A DNA stretch of 64,000 bases from Octopus bimaculoides (GCF_001194135.2 NC_068984.1:67018733-67082732); one strand, 5' to 3'; shown: positions 36,416 through 51,034, counted from the first letter of the stretch. Notes: generated by a model from the letters alone, not told the origin. Numbers and translations: made by a program.

Positions 36416-37352
36416 NNNNNNNNNNNNNNNNNNNNNNNNNNNNNNNNNNNNNNNNNNNNNNNNNNNNNNNNNNNNNNNNNNNNNNNNNNNNNNNNNNNNN
36501 NNNNNNNNNNNNNNNNNNNNNNNNNNNNNNNNNNNNNNNNNNNNNNNNNNNNNNNNNNNNNNNNNNNNNNNNNNNNNNNNNNNNNNNNNNNNNNNNNNNN
36601 NNNNNNNNNNNNNNNNNNNNNNNNNNNNNNNNNNNNNNNNNNNNNNNNNNNNNNNNNNNNNNNNNNNNNNNNNNNNNNNNNNNNNNNNNNNNNNNNNNNN
36701 NNNNNNNNNNNNNNNNNNNNNNNNNNNNNNNNNNNNNNNNNNNNNNNNNNNNNNNNNNNNNNNNNNNNNNNNNNNNNNNNNNNNNNNNNNNNNNNNNNNN
36801 NNNNNNNNNNNNNNNNNNNNNNNNNNNNNNNNNNNNNNNNNNNNNNNNNNNNNNNNNNNNNNNNNNNNNNNNNNNNNNNNNNNNNNNNNNNNNNNNNNNN
36901 NNNNNNNNNNNNNNNNNNNNNNNNNNNNNNNNNNNNNNNNNNNNNNNNNNNNNNNNNNNNNNNNNNNNNNNNNNNNNNNNNNNNNNNNNNNNNNNNNNNN
37001 NNNNNNNNNNNNNNNNNNNNNNNNNNNNNNNNNNNNNNNNNNNNNNNNNNNNNNNNNNNNNNNNNNNNNNNNNNNNNNNNNNNNNNNNNNNNNNNNNNNN
37101 NNNNNNNNNNNNNNNNNNNNNNNNNNNNNNNNNNNNNNNNNNNNNNNNNNNNNNNNNNNNNNNNNNNNNNNNNNNNNNNNNNNNNNNNNNNNNNNNNNNN
37201 NNNNNNNNNNNNNNNNNNNNNNNNNNNNNNNNNNNNNNNNNNNNNNNNNNNNNNNNNNNNNNNNNNNNNNNNNNNNNNNNNNNNNNNNNNNNNNNNNNNN
37301 NNNNNNNNNNNNNNNNNNNNNNNNNNNNNNNNNNNNNNNNNNNNNNNNNNNN

Positions 37353-37399
<47 letters not shown>

Positions 37400-38744
37400 G
37401 ACGACCGTCTTTTAGTTTCCGTAGCCAAATCCACTCCCAACGGCTTTGGTCAGTCAACAGCTATAGCATAAAACACTTGCCCGAGGTAGTGTGTACTGGG
37501 ACTGAACTTAAGACCATATCGTTGGTAAACAAACTTATTATTCACACATGTGATGAGAACTGAAAGACAAATAAATCGTGTGCGCCTGGGTAATGGTACC
37601 ACAAAACCAGCAAGCTCTGAGCATCAGGAATCATTGTAGTAACTACAACTGGTTAACATTAAAATGTTTGTTTTCTTTGTTTTCCAAATAGCGTAGCTGT
37701 ATGGTAGCCCAGCTGTGACAAATTCTTTCTTTTCCAGTCATATTTTAGGACTAGTTTTATCCAGCGTATCCTTGAATGAGATTTGGTTATTTCGAGCACA
37801 CCTAGTGACTATGCAATAGCGTCCTCCTCATTGATTTGTTCCTTTTTATCTTATTTAATGTTGTGTGTGAGGTCGCCATTAGATATCATGTGTGGTTTGC
37901 AAATCCTAACATTTGTAGCTACTTTGAGAGTTTTAGCTGTTACTGTTCGTGTGTAGAAGAAGGTAAGACTATTTTCTTGACATCTGTAACAATTGTGTCA
38001 TTGTAATGTTTATATGAGTATATGTGCGTGTATGTATGTGTGTGTGTGTGTGTGTACTGACGTATTCAGACACACAAATACATATGTTGATAAACATACT
38101 ATACAACGTGATATATCTGAAATTAAATGTATATGCACCGATTGCATGTTTGCACAGATTAGGAAAAATTCTATGCTTAAAGCTTAAATATTTCCTCCAA
38201 ATGCAACCTAAAAAAAGAACACATTGCTGCTTATTCAGTAAGGTCTTTTTTGGGGGGGTTTTAAAATAAATCGCGTGATTTTTATCGAACGAGGAATGAA
38301 ATCACTACATTCTATACATCTACTAAATAAACACGTATAGATCTTATTACGCAACACACATTTTTGTTTGCATACGTACGCTTGCGTGAGGTCGTGCAAA
38401 TTGATACGTATTATACAAAAATACGCATATCCATACACTTAATCACAAGTAATCACATAGATGTACGCACATATACGCGCATACACACACAGGAATATTG
38501 CATGTACTCTGTAACACGCAACCCCACCACCTATATACGTGTACTATGGTTCATTAAATGCATAGATTCTCACTTACGCGCGCGAGTATACACACACATT
38601 CACACAAACATACATACTTACACATAGACACATATACATATTGTAAGCAGAATCTTTAGAAATTATTTCCCCGGATTTCTCGTTGCCAATCTTCGGACGA
38701 TTATGAAAATGGAACGTAAAGCTTGTTATTTAAAATGTATGGTG

Positions 38745-39055
38745 CGTGGCTAAGTGGTTGAAGTAACTAGCTCACTATCGTGAGGTTGTGACTTCGATAT
38801 CCGGTGGCATGTTGTGTCCTTGAGCAAGACACTTTATTTCAGGTTATTCTAGTCCACCCAGCTGGCAAAAATGACATGTATCTGTATTTCAAAGGGCCAA
38901 CCTTCTCACGTTGTTACGCTGAACCTCCCTGTGAACTATTTTAAAAGTACGTGTGTCTGTGGAGTGCTCATCCACTTGCACGTTAATTTCACAATCAGGC
39001 TGTTCTGTTGATCAGATCAACTGGAACCCTTATCGTTGTAACTGACGGAGTGCAG
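38745..39055 (+). mobile_element. SINE family C, long form with a conserved central core
   Basis: tRNA-like head followed by CCACTTGCACGTTAATTTCAC...GATCAACTGGAAC; the reverse complement of this core recurs at 28970-29170. Confidence 0.8.
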
Positions 39056-39401
39056 ATTTGAATATGATAGCAACATTTTGGAAAGATATAACTAATGTAT
39101 ATATTTTGGAAGTTACAAAAATCATTTTGCTTTTGCACTGCCGTTGCAAATATGACTCATACCTAAAAAAAAGGAAGGAAAGAGAAGGATGTTGATTGAC
39201 AAAATGAAATAAAATTCTAGAATGAGAAGCTAAGTAAGATTACATACATGAAATAAGTATTTGCAACTTCGCTTTGTATCCATGCGGTTTCTGATTCAGA
39301 CCCACTTTGTGGTACTTTGGACAAGTGTTTTCTACGATAGTCACGAACTGACCAATGCCTTGTGAGTGAATTTGGCTGACGGAATCTGTGTGGAAGCTTA
39401 T

Positions 39402-39459
<58 letters not shown>

Positions 39460-40449
39460 TATATATATGAAGATAATGAAGACGAAGACGACGACGATGA
39501 TAACAGTCTTGACGATGATGATGATGATGGTGACTAGGACCACGACAACTATGTTGATGATTATAATGATAATGTCGATGACGACAACGTCACGAGTTGT
39601 TCCATGCTTCATCCTATTTGCTCAAAAACCGTCCAACAAATCCTATTAAAATCAGAATGGCCTTTGACATAAGAATCACTTCCTTGAAGAATAAAGTCTG
39701 ATCAGGACTCAATATGAAAATTGAGAATACATCGAGCTATGTGAAACTATAAATTTCCATGTATACGGAACAGTATCTGCGAAGATTCTACATTGCATGT
39801 TATTCTTGTTTACCTCCAGATAAACTGGAGCAGTTCGTTCCAATTCCATCATTGCTTCCAAACATAATTTTAGGAACACACATACACACACACATGCACT
39901 TATACATTAATGATGTACACAAATACATGACAGGTATACATAATACTAAAAGACGCATAAAGTAAACACATGCAGACAAATATATTAATATGACAGATTT
40001 TAAAAATGATAAAAAAATACAATCAATGAAGAGACAAACGAAACAGTAAGATTATACGTGTTGATTTTATCAGGTATTTCTGTTTATTTAGAAACCTACA
40101 ATGAACAGGTCAGACGCTAAACTATAAATTTTAGAGGGTACAACCTTAAAGGTGACACCGCTCCGTTAATCGCAAAAATTTCTGTCTCGCTATTGGCTAA
40201 AGATACCCCGATTTTTCGGTTTTTAAACTTCTGTAACCTTTTTCTCCATTTTTTTTCTCCACAACATCATACCTTCAAAGCAATGAGACTGGAAGGCTAC
40301 ATTATTTTAGCTGATTTTCAGATTTTTTTTTACTTCCTTTTAAAAAATATAAATTTTCCGAATGAAAAAAACAACTAGATTCTAATTTTATCTAGAAATA
40401 TATTATGAAATATGTATTAATTTGTTTTTAATATTGTAGAATCTTAAGT

Positions 40450-40840
40450 CAGTGAGCTGGCAGAATCGTGTGCACGTCGAGTGAAATGCTTAGCGGTATT
40501 TCATCTGCTGTTACGTTCTGAGTTCAAATTCCGCCGAGGTCGATTTTGCCTTTCATCCTTTCGGGGTCGATAAATTAAGTACCAGTTACGCACTGGGGTC
40601 GATATAATCGACTTAATCCGTTTGTCTGTCCTTGTTTGTCCCCTCTGTGTGTAGCCCCTTGTGGGCAGTAAAGAAATAGGCATTCCGTCTGTCTTTACGT
40701 TTTGAGTTCAAATTCCGCCGCGGTTGACATTGTTTCATCCTTTCGAGGTCGAGAAAATAAGTACTAGTTGAACATTGGGGTCCATGTAATCGAATTATCC
40801 CTCTCCAGAATTGCTGACCTTGTGCCAAAATTTGAAATCA
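40450..40840 (+). mobile_element. Two tandem SINE B copies (B1 then B3 tail)
   Basis: The GAGTTCAAATTCCGCCG body occurs twice, at about 40520 and 40705. Confidence 0.85.
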
Positions 40841-41295
40841 ATATAGTAGGATCCTGCGTGATCTGAGGGAAATCTAGTTGCTATTTCAAGCAGGTTCATT
40901 GACAACGTAGAGGCTTATTTGTAGGTTAAATCACGAGTACTTTTATTTCAAGTTTTACTATTCAGAGTGCATATAATTGTTAATCACCTGGAAAATAAAT
41001 GACTTGTCTTAGAACAGTGTTTTTGGATAAAACTAATTCTCTTAAAACAAATTGAAAAACTCAAATTGTTTTAAGCAATGAATCTCCGTCGGTTTCAGCG
41101 ATGAGTATTCACTTATTTGATCTAACACAGAACTGTTTGCCTTACCAGGACAACAAGCAACATCACATCAGTAACATCAGCATTACCACCATCACTACTA
41201 ACACCACACCGCCTCCACTATTAAAAGCCACCCCATACTACTACTACTACTACTACTACTATCACCACCACCACCACCACTACTANNNNNNNNNN

Positions 41296-41340
<45 letters not shown>

Positions 41341-41839
41341 ACTAGCTCCTCTCACTGTCTTAAATGTCTTAAAAATTAGAGGGACGTATTGCATGATGTA
41401 AATTGAGGTACCACCTCCACAGCAAAAGCACCGTCGCGTTGGTCATGGTTGAAATATCTTAGATACCTTGCCCATAGGTTTACCCGTTTAGAGTTAATGG
41501 AGTCGGAGTTAAACAGTAGCATCAACAACAACCGAAACAGAACACGCGGAACAATAAGAAAAATTACGAAAAAAAACAAAAAAAAAACAAAAAAAAAATA
41601 GCACCACATCAGTAGAGCCAAAAAAAAAAAAAAGAACGTCTACATGGTTGCTTAAGATCCTAAAAATATCCGCCAAATCTCCATCTTGATCGCACCCCAC
41701 AATCTTAAATGAAAGGGAAGGACACATTGAAAAAATGCTATCCAATATCCGGAAATGAAGATACTGAGGTAAATTCATTCGACCGCATCTAAACTGGAGA
41801 CTAAATAATGAATTTCTGTTTTCCAGCTCTACATGGCCG

Positions 41840-42180
41840 TAGCCATCACTACCATCTCCTCAACCTTCACCATCACGTCCACCTCCACTACGATAACGGC
41901 CATCATCATCATCATTATCATTATCATCAGCAGCCACAACCGACCCCATCATTATCACTGCTACCACCATCACCATAATTGTCATCACTGCCATCTTACC
42001 CATATTTCCCAAATCATCTACCACTACCGCCATCATTATCATCTCCTACCACCACCGCTATCATTATCATCTCTCTCCACCACCATCACTACATCATTTT
42101 CACCCCCAGCACTTCCACAGCCACTACCACAGCCCTTCATCATCATTATCATTACCATCATCATCGTCATATTATTTCTG
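41840..42180. repeat. Degenerate CAT/CAC/TAC low-complexity region; similar GAT/GAC tract at 39467-39600 and TAC tract at 41236-41340
   Basis: Read directly; it explains the His/Thr/Ile-rich ORFs in the track. Confidence 0.85.
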
Positions 42181-42577
42181 TGTTAATGAATTTCGACGCA
42201 ATGTAAAAAAATTAAAACAAAAACCCCGTTGTTTTGTATAATTTTAATGAAAATATTTATAAAAATCGTTGCTGCTTTTCTTTTTCTTGAGGTTGTTTTT
42301 TTTATTATTAAATTGTTGCCTTTTGTTTTTATTTTTATTTTTACAAATTAAGAAATGAGTTTTAGTGTAAAGTAAGTTTTCCAGAAAATTTTAATCGAAA
42401 TCGTTTTTATATCTTCAACTTTTTTACATCATATATTTGTGTATGTGTGTGCGTATGTATGTATTTATGTATGTATGAATATNNNNNNNNNNNNNNNNNN
42501 NNNNNNNNNNNNNNNNNNNNNNNNNNNNNNNNNNNNNNNNNNNNNNNNNNNNNNNNNNNNNNNNNNNNNNNNNNNNN

Positions 42578-42623
<46 letters not shown>

Positions 42624-44120
42624 CACGCATATATGTGAAGTACCATAAATTTATTCCAGACAATTTCCCAATACATTGAAGAATTAGCTTGATAAAGAAA
42701 AGAAAGAAAAAATGGTTATTTATACTCGCTTTCTTTCTTTGAATATAATTTCTTTCATAATTATTCTTCCTCTATTTAATGTTCTTCTCAATCGTTTGAT
42801 ATTGATATTTTTGTTTTCCTTATATTTTCTTGTATTCTTTATTAAATTCTGTCTTTCTCTCTATACATTTTGGCATTTATTTCCAGAGAAAAATTCTCGT
42901 CTTGAGCCTCTGTCTACTACTTTTCTTAAAATCTTTTCAGTATTTTGTTATTGTCTTTCTTCGTAATTTTCCGTCGTTTTTTTTTTATTGTTCTTTATAT
43001 GTTATCAATACTTTTTATATGCAAGAATTAATCAAATGACAGAAAAGAAAAAAAACAACAACAACAAAACCCCAGAACAAGACATAACGAAACGAAACAT
43101 AACAAAACAAACGATATGGACAAACAAGTCACAATTCTAACGAGAATTTACATTATATAATATTGTGTAATACTTTTTATGCTATATAATAGTTTAATAT
43201 ACATTTTCGCTCGTTTAAAAAAAAAATAATATTGTTATTGCTTTCGCTCGTCTTATTTTTATTACGTGCTTTCAATGCTCGACAGAACAGTAGCCATATG
43301 CGCCATAAGCACGTGCAGTGTTTCATCTTTCTCTTCTTTTCTTCTTTCTTTCTTTATTGTTGAAAGTTACTCTACATAAATATGTTTTTAGCATTTCTGT
43401 TTTTAATTCATCCTGACATTTTGGTTTCTCTCTATGTCGAGACATTTATATTTTAATAGTTTCTCAATTTCTCTAAACGATAAAAATATCGCGTTTTGGG
43501 ACCGTTTCTTTCCAATCAGGAAACATTTTCTAGCCTGATGGTTCTTGACAACAATGTCTGGTCAAAAGTCCTTAACTTTATTGTCTGTGTGAAGTGGCGT
43601 ATACCAGTATATAGTCACTTTGTCTTCCACTCATTACGAATCTCAGACAACAACAACAACAACAATAATAATAATAATGATTTCTTAATATTAATAATAA
43701 TCGTGCAAAGAGACCCTGTGTCCGCTCTCACAGAATTAACCAGATCAAGTAAAATCGAGAGCTCTGAAAAGTAAAATGGTGTAATAATAATAATTTTTAT
43801 TGTTATTACCCTCCTCCTCCTCCTCCTCCTCCTCATCATCATCATCATTGTCATCATTGTCGTCATGATCAGGACAGTTGATTGCTAGAATCCATAGAGC
43901 GTCGGTCAAAGTACTATATGGCATTGGTTTCGGTTCTTTACTTTCTGAGTTCAGATCATGCCGAGGTGAACTTTTGTCCTTTCGGAGCCGATAAAATGAA
44001 GTACCAGTTAAAGACAGGTCGATGGTATCGAATCGACTAACATCTTCCATAGAAACTGGAGCTCACAGACACACTTGGAGCGGGGACTTAAAAAGTAGCG
44101 ATACTGAGAGTTAGTAGGTA

Positions 44121-44204
44121 ACTGCTCAGGATCAACTGCTCAGGATCAACTGCTCAGGATCAACTGCTCAGGATCAACTGCTCAGGATCAACTGCTCAGG
44201 ATCA
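44121..44204. repeat. Minisatellite: 6 perfect copies of ACTGCTCAGGATCA (14 bp)
   Basis: Read directly from the sequence. Confidence 0.97.
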
Positions 44205-44884
44205 AACTCTCAGCACTAGTTCAATATGAAAGTACTTCCTACGTAATTAGCTACTGGAGAATAGTAATCATATTGTATATAGAAGGTTATAAATGTTAGC
44301 CCAGAGAAAAATTAAAAGGGCTTCTTCATAAAGTTTCGGTTGTTCGCACAGGTTTCTTTATAAAAATATGGATAGGATACTTCAGAAAAGTGGTGCAGTC
44401 ATCTACCAGAAAGGCTCTAAATAAACCTAGTAAGCCAAAAATTTAATGGGATTTTGACACCCAAATAGATAGAACAAGTGAACAATATAGATGAGATGTC
44501 ATTATATACGACAAAAATATAAGAATTCTTCGTGATCAATGTGGCAAATTCTTCAAAACATTGTTGTCAAGGAAGTAAATAAAGATCTCGAAATATGGTG
44601 AAATGAAAGGAGGGATATTCAGGATGAAGGGATGCAAAATAGCGAAAGTGGGAATTGCAGCAGTTACCGTCGGAACGGTAGTTTCAATCGCCCCATCCGC
44701 CACAAACATACCATGTCACCATGAACAGTTGGATATTCGAGCGCTTAAAAAAATCATCCCTAATAGAAATAGCTCATATTTTCGCAAAGATGCATACTAT
44801 CTAAAACCATTTGTTAAGGTTTGACAGTCAACTCAAGGGAAAAAAACAATAAAAAAACAATACACTATATTATAGCCATAATAA

Positions 44885-45117
44885 ATAAATAAATGCGCCC
44901 TTTCAAAGCTCATGGGCCCGGTTTCCCGGTTTCAATGGCGTATGTGTTCCCCAGCTGGACGGGACGCCAGTCCATCGTAGCGTTACTCATTTTTGCCAGC
45001 TGAGTGAAATGAAGTGTTTTGTTCAAGAACACAACGCGTCGCCCGGTCCAGGAATCGAAACCACAATCTTACGATCATGATGCTGACACCCTAACCACTA
45101 AGCCACACGCCTCCACA
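44885..45117 (-). mobile_element. SINE family C, tRNA-derived head
   Basis: Reverse complement GTGGCTTAGTGGTTAGGG (A box)...GGTTTCGATTCC (B box)...GTGTTCTTGAACAAAACACTTC. Related copies lie at about 13400-13585(-), 34130-34320(-) and 49268-49440(+). Confidence 0.85.
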
Positions 45118-45179
45118 TTTTATAGCCATACTATGCAATAAAGTATTATGATAATGATGGTAATGGTGATCCCGTCTTC

Positions 45180-46057
45180 TATAGACAAAAGAACTGAAAT
45201 TTTTGGGAGGGTAACTAGTCAATTACATCGAATCCAGTATTCAACTGGTACTTTATTCTATCGACTCAAATGGAATTTGAACTCAGTACGTAAAGATGGA
45301 CGAAATACCGCTAGACATTTTGCCCTGCGTGCTAAGGATTCTGCCAGCTCACTTATTATTATCATTATTATTAATGTCTTGGCTGAATCTTTAGCACGCC
45401 GGGCGAAATGCTTAGCGGTATATCGTCTGTCTTCATGTTCAGAGTTCAAATTCCGCTGAGGTCGACTTTGGCTTTCATCCTTTCGGAGTCGATTAAATAA
45501 GTACTAGTTACGCACTGGGGTCGATGTAATCGGCTTAATCCCTTCCCCTGAATCTGAGGCCTTGTGCTTCCAATAGAAAAAATTATTATTATCACTCTGT
45601 TTACTATAGGCATAAGGCCTGAAGTCTGCATGGAGGGGTTAGTTGATTATATCGACGCCAGTGTTCAACTGGTACTTATTTTATGAACCCTGGGATACTG
45701 AAAGCAAAGTCAACCTCGGCACGATTTGAACTCAGACCGTAAAGAGAGACGAAATATCGCTAAGCATTTTGTCCGGTGTGTTAACAATTTTGTCAGCTCA
45801 TAGACCTGGTAATGGTAAAAACAACAGCAACAATTATAACAATAATGGTTTCAAATTTTGCCACAAGGGCAGCAATTTTGGGGAAGGAGCTAAATTGATT
45901 AGATCGACCCGAGTGTTCAACTGGTCCTTATTTTATCGATTCCGAAAGGATAAAGTCGACCTCAGGGGAATTTGAAGTCAGGACGTAGCGACGGGCGAAA
46001 TACCACTATGCATTTCGTCCGGCGCGCTAACGATTCTGCCAGCTCGTCACTTTTAAC

Positions 46058-46113
<56 letters not shown>

Positions 46114-46350
46114 TTTCAAATTTTGGCACAGGGCTAATCATTTCGGAGAGGGGAGTAATTCGATTTCACCGACCCCAGTACTCAACTGGTACTTATTTTA
46201 TCGACTCTGAAAGGATGAAAATCGAAATCAACAGTAATTTCTACTATAGGCACAAGACATGACATTTTGGAGAAGGGGGCAAGTCGGCTATATCGACCCC
46301 AGTGCTCAACTGGTATTTATTTTATCGACTCCTGAAAGGATGAAAGGCAA
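45180..46350. mobile_element. Cluster of at least six SINE B fragments separated by TAA/CAA tracts
   Basis: The CTCAACTGGTACTTATTTTATCGAC core is repeated; the copy at 45375-45580 is on the opposite strand. Confidence 0.85.
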
Positions 46351-46352
46351 AC

Positions 46353-46397
<45 letters not shown>

Positions 46398-47087
46398 CAT
46401 GATAAAAAATAATAATCATTGAACGGTATAAATGGCCTGGTACAAGCTCGTGTCATATATAAGTATTGTATCATTTTCTAATTTAGTATTATTTCATATT
46501 AGGAATGGAATCTAGCCAAATAATTTTCCGGTGCAAATAACACAGAATTCTTGCATTGGCACAAGTTCACAAATGTGCGGGCATCGGTATAGTCAATTCA
46601 ATTGATTCCGAGTATATCGTTTCTTAATTAAAAGAATAGGTGTTTCTGTTCGTGTTTCTGCTAATGATCATTGACATCACTTCCGATTTCTCCTCGTTTA
46701 TCACTCACACTTCCGGGTCAACTATATTCATAGCTATCGCTTGCACACATATAACGAAAGATATTTCACTTATTACTAATTTTGATCTACCCCACCACAC
46801 ACATGTATGTATACACGCAGAGATATGTGTGTGTACGTGTGTGTGTGTGTGTGTGTGTGTTTGTGTATATATAATCGATTTTAAATTTTGGCAGAAGGCC
46901 AGCAATTTTGAGAAGGGATAAGTCGATTATATCGGCCCTTGCGCCCAACTGGCACTTACTTTATCTATCCCAAAAGGATGAAAGACAAAGTCGACCTCGG
47001 AGGAATTTGAACTCAAAACGCAAAGACGGACGGAATGCCGCTAAGCATTTTACCCGGCGTGCTAATGTTTGTGCCAGCTCACTGCCT

Positions 47088-47182
47088 TCTATCTATCTAT
47101 CTATCTATCTATCTATCCATCCATCCATCCATCCATCCATCCATCCATCCGTCCGTCCGTCTGTCTGTCTGTCTGTCTGTCT
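47088..47182. repeat. Compound tetranucleotide microsatellite TCTA>TCCA>TCCG>TCTG
   Basis: Read directly. A similar CCTA/CCTG tract lies at about 7625-7741. Confidence 0.95.
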
Positions 47183-47604
47183 CAATGTACCATGCAAATA
47201 TCTTCTTTCACGTTATTTCTTATTTTGGGGTTCACGAATGTTACGCCTTTGATCGTACGTCTGTTGGAATAAAGTTGACCAACTCCACCAACCGGAAGAA
47301 ATACTGTAAGTCGTCTGGTTCGAAGCCCTAATAATTTGTTCAGTCCAACAATCAGGGAAGGTATTTAATTCATCAACTCGTGAAGGATGAAGAATAAGGC
47401 TGATTTCAACAGAATTTGAAATAAGTGTGCAGCGAGGCTGAACGAATACCACTAGTCAATCTCTCCGATGCTCTAACGATTTGGTCAATTTACTGCTCAA
47501 GGGACATAACCCAAGATAAATACAAATATATTCTCAGTAACATGTGCTGTAGGAGTGCGAGTAAGTTCTAGTGTGTGTGTATGTGCATGTGTGTGTATCA
47601 TTTA

Positions 47605-47995
47605 TTTTTTTACTTGTTTCAGTCATTAGACTGCAGCCAGGCTGGGGCATCACCTTGTAGAATTTTTTAGTCGAATAAATTGACGCCAGTACTTATTTTT
47701 TAAAGCCTCTATGGATCTATTTTGCCGAACCGCTATATTATGGGGACGTAAACAGATCAACACCGGTTGTCAAGTAGTGATGCGGGTCACACACACACAC
47801 ACGCACGCGCGCACATGCACACGCACATACACGACGGGCTTCTTTTAGTTTCCGTCTACCAAATCCACTCAAGGCTTTGGTTGACTCGAGGCTATAGAAG
47901 AAGACACTTGCCCAAGGCGCCACACAGTGGGACTGGATCCGGAATCATGTGTTTGGGAAGCAAGCCTCTTACCACACAGCCACGCTTGCGCCTAT
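47605..47995 (-). mobile_element. SINE family A, full length
   Basis: Similar to the other A copies; CpGs retained. Confidence 0.85.
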
Positions 47996-48904
47996 ATGCT
48001 TATGATCTTAAATACTGTGTCACTTTACCTCCTGGAAGTAGTTTCAACCAACAGAAGCATTAAAGTTGCAGCAAGCTGGAATAAGTATAGATACAGAATG
48101 TGGTGGTGCCCTAGCATGGCCGCAGTCCAGAGACTGAAAACATCAAAAGATATGTCTGGTTACTCATACATTTCTTCTTTTAGTTTAACTCGTAAAAGTA
48201 AATTATATTCGAATTTGTTGGCTATGCAATGTTACATGACGTCAAAATCAACTAGAAACCATTGAGATAAACATGTTTATTTATGTAAAACTGCTGAGAG
48301 AATTCAAAGATGAAGAGATATTCGAAAGGATAAATAATAAGAAACCCCTCAATGTATCTCTGTGTCATACTGATTGTATGTTCAAGATGGAAAGATTAAT
48401 GAGACTTGAAATAGCCAAATAAACATTATCCTATGCAATTTTCAAATCCCCATGCGGTTTTGACATTCTTAAAATTCTGAGGTGGAATGGCTAATCTGAA
48501 TTTTGGTATCTGAATCGTTAGGCTTATTCTCCGGAGACAGATATGATTCAATATTTTCAATAGTATTTCTTTCTTTCTTCCTATCTATCTATCCCTCTAT
48601 CTGTCTGTCTCTCTGTCTGTCTATATACACATACATATACATACACAAACATATACATACATACATGCTTACATACACGTTTGTATGTATGTATGTATGT
48701 ATGTATGTATGTATGTATGTATGTTTGAATTCCTAGCGGATAGCTGATGTAAGAGAGATAATCATTTCTTCATAATATTTGGTGGGATTAGAAGTTTGAA
48801 TTTGAAATTAAGGTATATGGGTAAAGATCTACAGAATACACATATTTAAATCTTGACTGTTGCTTACTTATGAAGTTAAAATTTCTAATATATATTCTTT
48901 TATT

Positions 48905-49227
48905 CATTTACTTGTTTCAGTCTTTGAACTACGGCCATGGTTTATTTCTTAAGCCTAGTACTCATTCTATCGGTCTCTGGACTGAACCGCTATGTTATGG
49001 GGATGTAAACACACAAACACCGGTTGTCAAACGGTGATGGGGACAAACACACACACACACATATGACAGGCTTCTTTCAGTTTCTGTCTACCAAATCCAC
49101 TCACAAGGCTTTAGTCGGCCCGAGGCTATAGTAGAAGACAGTTGCCCAAGGTGTTACGCAATAGGACTGAACCTGGAACCATGTGGTTTGGAAGCAAGCT
49201 TCTTACCACACAGCCACGCCTGCGCCA
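48905..49227 (-). mobile_element. SINE family A, full length
   Basis: Similar to the other A copies. Confidence 0.85.
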
Positions 49228-49559
49228 ATGAATTCAATACTAATTCATTTTAATATGTTCTAGTATTTAGGATGTTGCACACGAGATAGCGTGATCGTGG
49301 TTTCAATTCCTAGACCGAGTGGTGCGTTGTGCAATTGAGCAAAACACTTCTTCTCACGCTGCTCTAGGATCCCTTCAAGACCTAACGAATAATCCACCGT
49401 TCAGGTATCGTTGATCTGGAGGCGAGTGAGCTAATGTACAGCACATACATTTGATCATTATAAACAAATCGTTTGTGCATGTTGTTCAGCAAGAAGTTGC
49501 GAAACTCTCTTTTTTGGGCAACGGAAGACTGTTATCATCAACATCATCATACACACACA

Positions 49560-49598
<39 letters not shown>

Positions 49599-50988
49599 AC
49601 AGACACACATACACACAAACGCACACACACAAACACACACGTGTGTGTGTGTATGTATGTATGATGATGTTGATATCAAGTAGTAGTAGTAGTAGTATTA
49701 GTAGTAGTAGTAGAAAAAGAACATGATGATCATGATGATCATAATGATGATGATGATGATGATGATGCGGAGGAGAAAAGTAGGAAGAAGAGGTGATGAA
49801 ACGTCGCCATTTTCTTCTCATAAGTTATTCTATTTTTTTAACTTTGAAAAGATGAATTGATACGAACATGTCACTGTCAAGGAGAAGCAAGGTTTAAATC
49901 ACGACATGAATTTACAGATACAGACTTACGCTAATGAAAATAGGGTGGAAAATAAATTCATATATTTAGAAAGTAAATTTAGAATTCACAAATTAAGGTA
50001 TGCATTTTCTTTTTAGTCTAAGCTAACGCACTAATTCCGTTTTCCCCGTATTACATATGTGAAACGCTACTGTATTTCTATTTAATATGTAAAACGCTCC
50101 CCTCGCGTATCTTCCTTCAGCTATATTATTAACACAGTAGTTAAACTACCAATATTCAACGTATGTTCGATTTTATATTCCATATTAGGGGATGTGACAA
50201 TAGTTTACGATCAAAAGCATTCCAGTCATCATTATTCTGTTTTGTGTTTCAGGCATAGTAGCATTACAACTACTTTACTAAGAGTGATTTATATGTTCGT
50301 GACGCTAATGAGAAGGGAAACTCAACTCCTGTCTCTTACAGAAGACAGGGTTGAAAAGAATATTTTTCTACTATAAAACTACCATATGCCATTATCAAGG
50401 ACCGTAAGGCAAATTTAAAGCTAATACCATACTTGTCTGATAAACCAAATAAAAACAGGTATCAAAAATCAGGTAAAATATTCCACAGAAGATTTACAAT
50501 AATATCCAGCGAAGTTTCATATTAACATTTTGAAACAACAATGCAAGAGCGATACGTTGAATAAATGTGAAACATTCATGAGAAACAAAAATACATTTTC
50601 TTGTTATAAACCATTTCTGAGCATCTACTTTTAAAAGCCCTTATATTTTGCTAAATATTATTCTACTATCAGAAATATCGAATACAAATAATCGCATGAA
50701 AAATAGATTCACTTAATGATGATTTCAAATTTTGGCAAACGTCCAACAATGTTGGAAAAGAAGTAAGTCGATTACGTCAACATCAGGGCTCAACTAGTAT
50801 TTGTTTCATTGACCGGAAAGGGATGACAGGCAAAGTCGGCCTCGGTGGAACTTGAACTCAGAACGTAAAGTCGGACGAAATACCAATAAGCATTTTGCCC
50901 GGCGTGCTAACGATTCTGCCAGTTTACCACCTTAGATTAACTTAATAACAATAATAATCTTTTCTACTATTCTGCCAATTATTCTGCC

Positions 50989-50989
<1 letters not shown>

Positions 50990-51034
<45 letters not shown>

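Noticed and set aside
44121-44204. Possible CRISPR-like array
   Set aside because: The repeats are contiguous with no spacers, there are no cas genes, and the context is eukaryotic.
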